DNA of 64,000 nt from Microcoleus sp. (lineage in GTDB: Bacteria; Cyanobacteriota; Cyanobacteriia; Cyanobacteriales; Microcoleaceae). The stretch spans positions 480,001 through 544,000 of the forward strand of contig JAYFMW010000006.1 in the NCBI GenBank assembly GCA_042408215.1, given 5' to 3'. Made by a program: the position numbers and the translations under genes. Under the pieces are notes generated by a model that searched no databases, was not told the origin of the DNA, and saw only the letters and a list, made by a program, of their open reading frames with translations. Positions 10,738 to 19,897 of this stretch are shown here, in pieces (position 1 is the first letter of the stretch; the number at the start of each line of letters is the position of its first letter).

Positions 10738-10968
10738 CATTGGTGTCAACTTAAGCCTGAAACAATTGATAAATCTCGCTTTTAGCTGAGTCTAGATCCC
10801 CCTAAATCCCCCTTAAGAAGGGGAGTAGGGGTTGACTTTGATCCGACTCTTGTCCCCCCCTTGTTAAGGGGAGTAGGGGTTGAGTAGGGGGCAAGAATGC
10901 GGGGGGATCTGGCCTTAATAGTCAAACAGCAGTCTCTGACTGGGCTTGAAGTTAAGTTGACACCTATG
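10738..10968. mobile_element. MITE copy A (TIR CATWGGTGTCAACTTAA; IS4/IS231-like ends)
   Basis: CATTGGTGTCAACTTAAG...TTAAGTTGACACCTATG with an internal CCCCCTAAATCCCCCTTAAGAAGGGG hairpin; separated from copy B by GGCACTGCC. Confidence 0.85.
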
Positions 10969-10977
10969 GGCACTGCC

Positions 10978-11174
10978 CATTAGTGTCAACTTAAGCCTGA
11001 AAGCCTTTGTATCTCTCGTTCATAGCTGAGTCTAGATCCCCCTAAATCCCCCTTAAGAAGGGGGACTTTGAGAAGATTCCTGTCCCCCCCTTAAGAAGGG
11101 GGGCTAGGGGGGATCTGGCCTTAATAGTCAAACAGCAGTCTCTGACTGGGCTTGAAGTTAAGTTGACACCTATG
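10978..11174. mobile_element. MITE copy B, tandem with copy A
   Basis: CATTAGTGTCAACTTAAG...TTAAGTTGACACCTATG with an interior highly similar to copy A. Confidence 0.85.
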
Positions 11175-11253
11175 GGCTCTTGGAGTGTCCCTACAATGTA
11201 TCATTCCGATGGATGGTGCGCGGACTAAGACCGATCGCCCCAAAAACCTGCAT

Positions 11254-14076
11254 TTACCTGGGATTCAACTCCACCCTTTCGCCGTAACGCAATAGCATCT
11301 CCAAACTCTCCAAGCGATTTTGCCAAGTTTGCACCTGATAGCTATTTTCCCCAGAATGCAGCCGCATCGAAGATGGAAATTGAGATTGAAAGCTCGCCAG
11401 CAAATTTTTAGCTGTTTCTAAATTTTCAGTAGTTGGAGTAGCAGCCAATTTGCTCAAAGCTTGCGCCAATTCATCCGATCGACTTTGCAAAACTTTCAGA
11501 TCAGATTCCGACACCCGCAACTGATTGCTAGCCAACAAAAAACTCCATTCCTGCTTGAGAGCAGTATATCGCGAAACCGCCGCCGCAAAAGGCTGTCGGT
11601 AAGGAATCGGCTCCGAAGCAGAAGTCGTTAGCGAAGCCCTCGCAGAGGATTGCATCGGTCGCCCTTGAGTGCGGTTAAAAAATCCCTGCATCCCGCTGCT
11701 AATACTTTCCACCGCAAAAATAGCATAACCCCCAGTCGGCAAATCCCGCAAAGCCTGAATTTGGTCGATCGCCACAACTTCCGGGAGAGTCAACAACTTA
11801 ACCGACGGAGAAATCAAAGCCGAACCGAGCATTTGTTCCTTAGCCAGCGGCTGTGTAATTCGCTGAAGTCGGTTAGTATCCAAAGCATAAGTCATCGGCA
11901 CAATCAAATCCACAATTCCCTGACGAGCCCAAACTTCCCAATTCTGCTGAATTTTGTAAATCCGCTGACTTGGAGGGTGCGGAAACACCGCCACCGACAA
12001 AATTGTACGCGGATAATTCCGTCGCAACAACTGAGAAACTTCGCTAACAAAAGTATTAATTTGATTAGTTTTAAACTCCACCCACTGCCGCCACAAATTG
12101 CCATCACTGGGCGAAATATTCACCGGATCGGCGCCAGTTAACTGCTGGAATTGCTGTCTCGCCGCCGCACCGTAACCGTAAGTAAAACCTGCATTGTCAT
12201 CTTGAAAAGGATAGCGAATGTAGTCAAGTTGCAGCCCGTCAACTTGGTAGCGGCTGGCAATTTCGTTGATAATTTCCAGCAAATAACTGCGCGCTTCTTT
12301 ATTAGCTGGATCGAGATAAAATTTACCATCATTGACGTGCTGCCTGCGTCCTTTGTTGTCAATATTTGCCCAATCTGGATGGGCAGAAAGCACCGGACCT
12401 GGGTCGGAATTCGACTTGCCAATTAGAGTATTGTGGCGCTTATTTCCGGTGGCAAAAACCCAAATCCAAGCGTGCAATTCCATGCCTCGCTCGTGGGCTA
12501 ATTTAACCGCAGATTCCAGCGGGTCCCAGCCAACTGTGAGGGGGTTTTGTTGGGGTGCAACTTGACTGGGATAAATAGGATATCCGGCATTTAAAGTTTC
12601 AAAGAAAACTGTATTGATCCCGGCGGCGGCGAGGCGATCGAAAACTGCTGCTAAACCTTGTTCCGATCGCGCTGCGACGATCGTCCCGCGATCGAGCCAA
12701 ACCGCCCGAATTTCAGCCCCCACCCGCTCTCCTTCCTTGGGGTAATTTTGCCACAGAAGCAGTCGCGCTTCCACCCACTGCTGTCTAGCCTCCGCGTAGT
12801 TTTGCTCAGCCAGGAGTTGATCGAAACTTTGCAAAACCTGCCGCGCGATCGCGATCGCCCGCGTCGTGGCCCCTTGCATAATCGGCGGGCGAATAGCAGC
12901 CGGGGCGCCACCACTGTTGCTTCCAGCCACCAGTTGAACTCTGTTAGCAGCATTGAGATTGACAGGGGTATTAGCTGAATTAGCGGCTGTCAGGGCGCTT
13001 TCAAACCTACCGAGGAGGTTGGTCAGTTCTTGGCGCATCAAATACGCTTCAATGCTGACGATCGGCTTATTAGAATTTGCCTGCACATCCAAACCCGCCG
13101 GCGCCGACTGATCTGAAGGGTCTGTAAAAGTTGCTGGTACTGGGTCTGGAAGGGGGGGAGAGGGAGAAAGTCGGCTCAGTGGGGTATTACGCGGCCCTGG
13201 AGGGGTGTTTCGAGTAACTGTGGAGGGGGGAGCGGGATTGGGGGTAGCGGGTCTTGGGGGTGCGATCGCTGTTGGCGGTGGCAGAGGCGAACTGACATTG
13301 CCTCCCCAGCGGGCGATCGAGGCCCGCAGCCAAGCCTTGTCTACATTTGCCGAACCGTTGCTACCCCAGCGCCAGCCGAGATAGGTAGCGCGATCGGTGG
13401 CGATCGCAGCCGAGGAACCGGAACTGTCCTTCCAGGTAGCAATAGTTTGACTGTTCGCATTAGCGGGAATCAAGACACCGCCTTGAACCGAGCTATTTTT
13501 CTGTTCCGCAGGCACCCAATTGCTAGAAGTAGTGCAAGCAAGATCTCGACAGCGGGTGCGGGGTTGAGGTGCCGCCGGCTGAGTCAACGGAAAAGCCCAA
13601 TAGGCCCCAAGGAGCGATCGCAAAGATTGACGAACCAAAGCCGGAGAACTGCGGCCCACGGGCCCGGAAGCAATCAACCGGCCGCCCTGGGAAGCCCAAG
13701 CTTCTAAAACTTTAATTTGCGCCGGAGTCAAAGTTTCAATATTCGGCAGAAACAGAACATTAACGCCCGCTAAATCCGCCGTACTTTTAATTTGTTCGAG
13801 ATTAATTGGTTGGTAAGCAATACCGCTTTCCCAGAGCCGCGTGGTAATCTTTACCCAGTCGGGAGAATTTTCCGAACTGCGAACTACTCCTAGAACCACT
13901 TGGGCGAAACTTGGAGAGGGAAACAGGATAAAGAGATTGAGTAATGTACTCGCTAGTGTTCCAATTAACACTCTTTGCAAGAAAGTGAAAAAGCGAATTT
14001 TTTGAGCCTGGGAGCAAGCATCAGGAATTCGATCGGGCTTTTTGATTTGTTGCATTGACACAAGAATTACCCACAC
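11254..14076 (-). CDS. Glycosyl hydrolase-like family 10 (GHL10/DUF187, YddW-like) protein with Pro-rich linker
   Basis: EIRAVWLD, GMELHAWIW, YLDPAN, VDGLQLDYIRYP, VDLIVPMTY; signal-like segment ending SFA-Q. Start codon uncertain. Confidence 0.85.
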   Translation of the reverse strand: MWVILVSMQQIKKPDRIPDACSQAQKIRFFTFLQRVLIGTLASTLLNLFILFPSPSFAQVVLGVVRSSENSPDWVKITTRLWESGIAYQPINLEQIKSTADLAGVNVLFLPNIETLTPAQIKVLEAWASQGGRLIASGPVGRSSPALVRQSLRSLLGAYWAFPLTQPAAPQPRTRCRDLACTTSSNWVPAEQKNSSVQGGVLIPANANSQTIATWKDSSGSSAAIATDRATYLGWRWGSNGSANVDKAWLRASIARWGGNVSSPLPPPTAIAPPRPATPNPAPPSTVTRNTPPGPRNTPLSRLSPSPPLPDPVPATFTDPSDQSAPAGLDVQANSNKPIVSIEAYLMRQELTNLLGRFESALTAANSANTPVNLNAANRVQLVAGSNSGGAPAAIRPPIMQGATTRAIAIARQVLQSFDQLLAEQNYAEARQQWVEARLLLWQNYPKEGERVGAEIRAVWLDRGTIVAARSEQGLAAVFDRLAAAGINTVFFETLNAGYPIYPSQVAPQQNPLTVGWDPLESAVKLAHERGMELHAWIWVFATGNKRHNTLIGKSNSDPGPVLSAHPDWANIDNKGRRQHVNDGKFYLDPANKEARSYLLEIINEIASRYQVDGLQLDYIRYPFQDDNAGFTYGYGAAARQQFQQLTGADPVNISPSDGNLWRQWVEFKTNQINTFVSEVSQLLRRNYPRTILSVAVFPHPPSQRIYKIQQNWEVWARQGIVDLIVPMTYALDTNRLQRITQPLAKEQMLGSALISPSVKLLTLPEVVAIDQIQALRDLPTGGYAIFAVESISSGMQGFFNRTQGRPMQSSARASLTTSASEPIPYRQPFAAAVSRYTALKQEWSFLLASNQLRVSESDLKVLQSRSDELAQALSKLAATPTTENLETAKNLLASFQSQFPSSMRLHSGENSYQVQTWQNRLESLEMLLRYGERVELNPR

Positions 14077-14165
14077 ACCACAAGGGGAAAAATTTCAATA
14101 ATATCAATTCCGATGCAACCGGAATGATAGGCAACTGATCTCAATTCCGGTTGCACCCGAATGAT

Positions 14166-14685
14166 ATAGAGGAAACGGCACTGCCGTATCCCTACCTGAT
14201 TAATTGTAGGGAAACGGCACTGCCGTATCCCTACCTGATTAATTGTAGGGAAACGGCACTGCCGTATCCCTACCCTGATTAATTGTAGGGAAACGGCACT
14301 GCCGTATCCCTACCCTGATTAATTGTAGGGAAACGGCACTGCCCTGTCCCTACCCTGATTAATTGTAGGGAAACGGCACTGCCCTGTCCCTACCCTGATT
14401 AATTGTAGGGAAACGGCACTGCCTATTGGTGTCAACTTAACGTGAAACCCAGTCACAGAATGCTGTTTGACCATTAAGCCTAGATCCCCCCTAGCCCCCC
14501 TTAAGAAGGGGGGGATAAGAGTTCGATCAAAGTCACCCCCTACTCCCCTTCTTAAGGGGGATTTAGGGGGATCTAGACTCAGGTAACAGCGAGATTTCTC
14601 AGGGGTTTCAGGCTTAAGTTGACACCAATGGGCACTGCCGTATCCCTACCCTGATTAATTGTAGGGAAACGGCACTGCCGTATCC
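14166..14685. repeat. Tandem array of about 8 GTAG-type REP palindromes (39-40 bp unit), one interrupted by a MITE
   Basis: Unit GTAGGGAAACGGCACTGCCGTATCCCTACCCTGATTAATT at about 14166, 14206, 14245, 14285, 14325, 14365, 14405 and 14661. Confidence 0.9.
14424..14630. mobile_element. MITE copy C, inserted in a REP with 9-bp direct repeat GGCACTGCC
   Basis: GGCACTGCC (14415-14423) | TATTGGTGTCAAC...GTTGACACCAATG | GGCACTGCC (14631-14639). Confidence 0.9.
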
Positions 14686-14715
14686 TGAGCGTAGTCGAAG
14701 CGTGTCAACAATTTT

Positions 14716-17454
14716 TCAATTAGCAGCTTCATTCACCGGGAAACGATCGATTAACTGCATCGCCCGACAAGCATTCCTCCGCAAAGAATCAGAAACATGA
14801 GGAACATGAGGAATCTGAGACAAGAAATCCAAAGTCCGGCGCAAAATCCGCACCACATCCCCTTCATCCAAACTCGTATGACTAACCAATTCCAGCCATT
14901 CCACACCCAGAGCCCACTGCTCAACCAAAGTCACTATATCCCGTTCCAGCCAAATCGGGATAGCAGCCTCATGCCGATACTGCACTTGAAACAGCCTGCG
15001 CCTTAGCCCTTTTTGGAGATTATCCAAAGGTGCCAAAACTTCCGGTGACAGCGAATAGTGAGTCCAACTATCGGGCCTCGAAACTTCCGTAACCAAAGCC
15101 GCGCAAGCAGCCGCGAGGTGGTGGGGGTCAAGTTCGTCAAATTCCGCTGACATCAGGGACAAACCCAACCAGAGTTCATTATCGCCACGAATGGCGGCGC
15201 AAGCTTGGCCCAATTCCGTAGGAACTAATCTGTCCGAGGTATCAGTTCCCTCCACCTTGAGGGATACTACTCTTTCCAAGCAGCCGAAATTGAGCAAAAT
15301 GTCAATTAAGTTGATAAATTCTTCCCAGTAGCGGGCTCGCTGCTTTTCTAAGTCTTGCAAGCATCTGCGTATTTCCTTTTGCAACTCTATCCTGCGTCGC
15401 TGGCGTTTGAGCAAAGTACCGGGATTGCCCCATTCTAAAACAGGGTGAATTTCTAGCTTAGCTTCTATGGCTGCGATTTTTTGTAGTTGGTCGATCGCCT
15501 CGCGAGTCGGTTCCGGTGCCGGCAATTCTGGGATTGATTGGGCGATAGAAAGGGTTTCCTCGGTTCCCAAACGGCATTGGCCCAGTCTCATCGGCATTTC
15601 CGGTGGCGGGTTCAAGGTATCTACTGCCGGCAAGCGGGGTAATTGAGCGTGGAGGGTTGCCACATCGCTAATGGCGACGATATACCAGCGGTTGTCTTTG
15701 CCCAAACATACCAAATTTGGTGCTTGGCCGGAACCTGCGATTTTGGCAACCAGTACAGCGGGTATGGGAGATGTGTGCGATCGTTTAGCAGTAGGAACGT
15801 GCTTACCTTTGAGGCTGACAATAGTTCCCAGCACCGCAAAAGCCACAGCCACCGACATATCCTTAATCCGGGCTTCTTCAGCTTGCTGCAATAAAGTTTT
15901 CAGCAGGCGTTTATCTTCTTTGAGTCTTCCCTGCAACTTTTCATAATGAGCGAGCTGTTTTTCCAGGTTGGCGACATCGCCACCAGCAGCCAGAGACTCC
16001 TCCAAAACCGCCAATTCTGCCATCAGCCGGTCTACTTCCGCTTGCTGCGGCTGCAAGTACAAGGTAGAAAGATATTGGCCAAAACTGCGCTCTACTAACT
16101 CTTGAGCTTCTTCGAGAGTGTGAGTTTGCAACAAATTCAGCACCATCCCGTAGCTGGGAGTGAACTGACTGGCGAGGGGGTCGGCTTTTGCTGTTGCCAA
16201 ATAGGAGGCTTCTTTTGCCCCTTCAAACCGCGTCTGAACTGCCACAACGTGCCCCAGCTCGTCCATGCCCCGCCGACCTGCTCTACCGGCCATTTGGAGG
16301 AATTCTGAAGCATTTAGCAGTCGGTGTCCCTTGTCCGTGCGCTTGGAAAGGGTGGAAATAACTGTGGTGCGGGCGGGCATATTAATCCCGGCGGCTAGGG
16401 TTTCGGTGGCAAATACGACTTTAATTAAACCTTTGCCGAAGAGTTCTTCTACTAAACCTTTCCAAGCGGGTAAAATGCCTGCGTGGTGGGCTGCGATGCC
16501 TTTTAAAAGTGCTTCTTTTTGACCGAAGCGTTCTGCTTCTGGATTCCGCTGTAAAAAGTCGTCAATAATGCGTTTGAGTTCGGCGGTTTCGGCTTCGTTA
16601 ACTAGGGAGAAATTCCCAACATCTGCTACTGCTCGATCGCACCCACGGCGGCTGAAGATGAAGTAGATTGCTGGTAGCATATCGCGATCGTCCAACCGAG
16701 ACAAAACATCAGTCAAACTGGGAACCGGGATACTACCTCTTTCTACTTTTTGCTGCTTTTTTTTGGGGATGAGTCGCAGGTTGGCTTTTTGGCCGCTGTC
16801 ATCGAGTAGGGGAAATATCCCTTTTTGATTGGCGAAGTGAAATTGCAGCGGCACGGGGCGGAAGTCGGAGTATACTAACTCCGTGGGCCCGTGGACTTTG
16901 TTAATCCAGTCCGTGAGTTGTCCGCTGTTAGCAACGGTTGCTGAGAGGGCGAGTAATTGAATTTCGCCGGAACAGTAGATAATTGACTCTTCCCAAACGG
17001 TGCCCCGCTGTTTGTCGTTCATGTAGTGACACTCATCGAGAACTACTGTTTCGACTCCGGTTAAGGAAGCGCCCACAGCTCCGATCGGCGTACCATAGAG
17101 CATATTGCGAAAAATTTCGGTAGTCATCACCAAAATCGGAGCATCCCGGTTAATAGAGATGTCGCCCGTCAGCAAGCCCACCATCTCAGTCCCAAATTGC
17201 TGGCGGAAGTCGCGCAGCTTTTGGTTGGATAGAGCTTTGAGGGGAGTGGTGTAGAAGACGCGGCGCCCCCGTGAGAGTGCTTGGTGGATGGCGTATTCGC
17301 CGATTAAGGTTTTCCCGGAGCCTGTGGGGGCGCACACGACAACGGATTTACCTGCATCGAGGGCGACGATCGCCTCTCTTTGAAAGTTATCTAGCTCGAA
17401 TGGGAATATGGTCTTCAGATCCAGCTCTGGGCGGTTCTGGGATTTATCTGGCAC
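14716..17454 (-). CDS. Ski2/HelY-like DEAD/DEAH-box RNA helicase
   Basis: APTGSGKT, DECH, LSAT, HHAG, ATETLAAGINMPA, QMAGRAGRRG and a DSHCT-like C-terminus. Confidence 0.9.
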   Translation of the reverse strand: MPDKSQNRPELDLKTIFPFELDNFQREAIVALDAGKSVVVCAPTGSGKTLIGEYAIHQALSRGRRVFYTTPLKALSNQKLRDFRQQFGTEMVGLLTGDISINRDAPILVMTTEIFRNMLYGTPIGAVGASLTGVETVVLDECHYMNDKQRGTVWEESIIYCSGEIQLLALSATVANSGQLTDWINKVHGPTELVYSDFRPVPLQFHFANQKGIFPLLDDSGQKANLRLIPKKKQQKVERGSIPVPSLTDVLSRLDDRDMLPAIYFIFSRRGCDRAVADVGNFSLVNEAETAELKRIIDDFLQRNPEAERFGQKEALLKGIAAHHAGILPAWKGLVEELFGKGLIKVVFATETLAAGINMPARTTVISTLSKRTDKGHRLLNASEFLQMAGRAGRRGMDELGHVVAVQTRFEGAKEASYLATAKADPLASQFTPSYGMVLNLLQTHTLEEAQELVERSFGQYLSTLYLQPQQAEVDRLMAELAVLEESLAAGGDVANLEKQLAHYEKLQGRLKEDKRLLKTLLQQAEEARIKDMSVAVAFAVLGTIVSLKGKHVPTAKRSHTSPIPAVLVAKIAGSGQAPNLVCLGKDNRWYIVAISDVATLHAQLPRLPAVDTLNPPPEMPMRLGQCRLGTEETLSIAQSIPELPAPEPTREAIDQLQKIAAIEAKLEIHPVLEWGNPGTLLKRQRRRIELQKEIRRCLQDLEKQRARYWEEFINLIDILLNFGCLERVVSLKVEGTDTSDRLVPTELGQACAAIRGDNELWLGLSLMSAEFDELDPHHLAAACAALVTEVSRPDSWTHYSLSPEVLAPLDNLQKGLRRRLFQVQYRHEAAIPIWLERDIVTLVEQWALGVEWLELVSHTSLDEGDVVRILRRTLDFLSQIPHVPHVSDSLRRNACRAMQLIDRFPVNEAAN

Positions 17455-17991
17455 AAGAATTATTATAAGGTTGCAGAGTAGGTGTGCTTCAATCTTGCTT
17501 ACAGCAAGGCAGCAGAGGACTGTATTGATTTTAAACCGATACTTTTTTTGCTAACATTTGCTAACAAATATATAAGCCGAGACATACTCTGGGCCTAGGG
17601 GTATCAGCCAATGCTCGTAGAAATCTCTACAAGCACTTATATTTTTGCGTTCAGCTTGGTTCTCGCTGACAGCAATTAACCGATCTGATTATTTGCTTTG
17701 ATAATGTAGAGGCTACTTATTCCTATAGAGGCAACATACTATCAAGGTTTTTCACCTAAATCCGACGAACGGCTAAATTCATTCTATATGACATCAAGAC
17801 ATCTCGCAAATTTGAGTGGTTAGTGGTGCAGCTTGCTTCGGGCGATCGGCTTTCACCGATCAAATGATTTTGGGGTATAAAAATTCGGTGAAAACATATT
17901 ACGCGCTGGCTGGTGGGTAATTGACGGGCGAGTGTAATTGGGGAGTTTTGTCAAAAAGGGCGATCGAGTCGATCGAATTCTCAGCTTTAAC

Positions 17992-18165
17992 AAAATTATG
18001 TAGGGGCGGGTTTTACCAAAAATCTCAGCCTAAGACCAATAATCTCATAAACCCACCCCCACCCAACTGTAAATCTCAAAATTATGTAGGGGCGGGTTTT
18101 ACCAAAAATCTCAGCCTAAGACCAATAATCTCATAAACCCGCCCCCACCCAACTGTAAATCTCAA
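17992..18165. repeat. Tandem duplication (~86 bp) of a GTAGGGGCGGGTTT...AAACCCGCCCC REP doublet
   Basis: Two near-identical units; an inverted relative lies at 57161-57228. Confidence 0.85.
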
Positions 18166-18311
18166 TCTACCTTTTACAAGATACAAGTTACACCCTGGTG
18201 GTTGAGCGAAGCGGCGCACGCTCGCGTAGTCGAAGTGTCGAAACCCTGTGGCGAGCATCCCCCGGATCAATCCACGATTTTTCGGAGAAACCAGTTTTTT
18301 TTGCGTAACTC

Positions 18312-18657
18312 CTAACTATTTAATAGCGCTTGTTTAAATTCCGCCGCATTTTTATAATAAATATCGGGATTGTCAACTAAAGCGCGATCGATCGCTGTAG
18401 CTAACGGTTGAGGAATCGCAGAAGTGCGATCGCGAATCGGAACCGCAGCATTATCCAAAACAGCACGAAACGGGTCTAATCCCACAAAATTGCGCGGGGA
18501 AAATCCCGCGATCGTTACATACAAACAAGCCGCCGCAGCCCAAACATCAACCTCCGGTTTCGCATACTTATAATCAAGCACTTGTTGTCGCGGCATAAAA
18601 GATGGCGTACCCACAGCATTACCCGTCATCGTTTGGCCACTTAAACCCGCTCGATCA
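18312..18657 (-). pseudogene. C-terminal fragment of a Ser/Thr protein kinase
   Basis: DRAGLSGQTMTGNAVGTPSFMPRQQ...EVDVWAAAACLY covers subdomains VIII-XI only; no N-lobe or catalytic loop. Confidence 0.8.
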
Positions 18658-18912
18658 AGTGTTTCGGCTGTTAGGTAACTACTACCACAGTGAGGACAGC
18701 TTATTATATCAAATCCGGTAGCATCGGAATTATTCATCTCTCTCTTCTCTCCCTCTGCGCCCTCTGCGCCCTCTGCGGTTAAATCATTCCGATGCAACCG
18801 GAAACGATATTACCGGAATGTTTTCTATAACTAGCAAATCTTTGCCTTTACCGTAGGTTCTGGGAATTCGGCGAACTCGCACACCTTCTGTTCCGCAAAT
18901 ATCACATACCAT
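18658..18912 (-). pseudogene. YgiT/MqsA-type zinc-finger (antitoxin-like) gene interrupted by a MITE and 3'-truncated
   Basis: Removing 18707-18812 restores MVCDICGTEGVRVRRIPRTYGKGKDLLVIENIPVISCPHCGSSYLTAETL (two CxxC motifs). Confidence 0.8.
18707..18809. mobile_element. 103-bp MITE (TIR TATCNWWTCCGGTWGCATCGGAAT) with 3-bp TTA target duplication
   Basis: TTA|TATCAAATCCGGTAGCATCGGAAT...ATTCCGATGCAACCGGAAACGATA|TTA; cargo is CTCTGCGCC repeats. Confidence 0.85.
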
Positions 18913-19024
18913 TTACTAAGTCTCCTTACTTAAGGGAAGTATATCGATTTTGGATTAATTGGTCAGGTGCGTCAGCAGAAATAAACTTAACAATTGAAAT
19001 AACACAATCTGACGCACCCTACTA

Positions 19025-19863
19025 TTACTTTGTTCTCGCCCACAGATTCAGTAAAAACCCGGTTTCTTGAGTCGAAGTGCATAAGTTCAGAAACCGGGTT
19101 TTTTACGACAATACTTTGTTCCCGCCGACAGATTCAGTAAAAACCCGGTTTCTTGAGTCGAAGTGCATAAGTTCAGAAACCGGGTTTTTTACGACAATAC
19201 TTTGTTCCCGCCGACAGATTCAGTAAAAACCCGGTTTCTTTGGCCACAGTGGGTCTTAGTCCGCGGTGGACTTCGTTTGTGTAGTAGCGGTTTCAACCGC
19301 CGAATAACTTGTCGCATCTGCAAACACAATATACCGGGGTTAATTCCCATCTATCGCGAGGTGAATTGGTTTCTATATATCGTTTAACCAAACCATCAGC
19401 AGCTAGTTTTTTTTTAAGATAACCATCATGTCAGGTTCTCGCGGTACATCTCGGTGAGGATGTTTAGATAATCGCAGAAACCCGGTTTCTTGGGGCTTTG
19501 GATGAGGTTGAGAAACCGGGTTTTTTCGGAGTTTTTGGGTGGTAGTTGGGTCGGGTCGAAAAAACCCGGTTTCTTGGGGCTTTGAATGAGGTTGAGAAAC
19601 CGGGGTTTTTCGGAGTTTTTGGGTGGTAGTTGGGTCGGGTCGAAAAAACCCGGATGAGGTTGAAAAACCGGGGTTTTTCGGAGTTTTTGGGTGGTAGTTG
19701 GGTCGGGTCGAAAAAACCCGGATGAGGTTGAGAAACCGGGGGTTTTCGGAGTTTTTGGGTGGTAGTTGGGTCGGGTCGAAAAAACCCGGATGAGATTGAG
19801 AAACCGGGTTTTTTCGGAGTTTTTGGGTGGTAGTTGGGTCGGGTCGAAAAAACCCGGTTTCTT
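19025..19863. repeat. Arrays of AGAAACCGGGTTTTT...AAAAACCCGGTTTCT inverted-arm repeats
   Basis: Two clusters: 19025-19240 (~87 bp unit) and 19476-19863. Confidence 0.85.
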
Positions 19864-19897
19864 ACCGCCGAATTAATGACCGATTTTTCTACCAAAC

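Noticed and set aside
17470..17990. Possible sRNA or regulator site (TTTGCTAACA x2 at about 17547) in a long intergenic region
   Set aside because: No recognisable RNA family, terminator or credible ORF; insufficient support.
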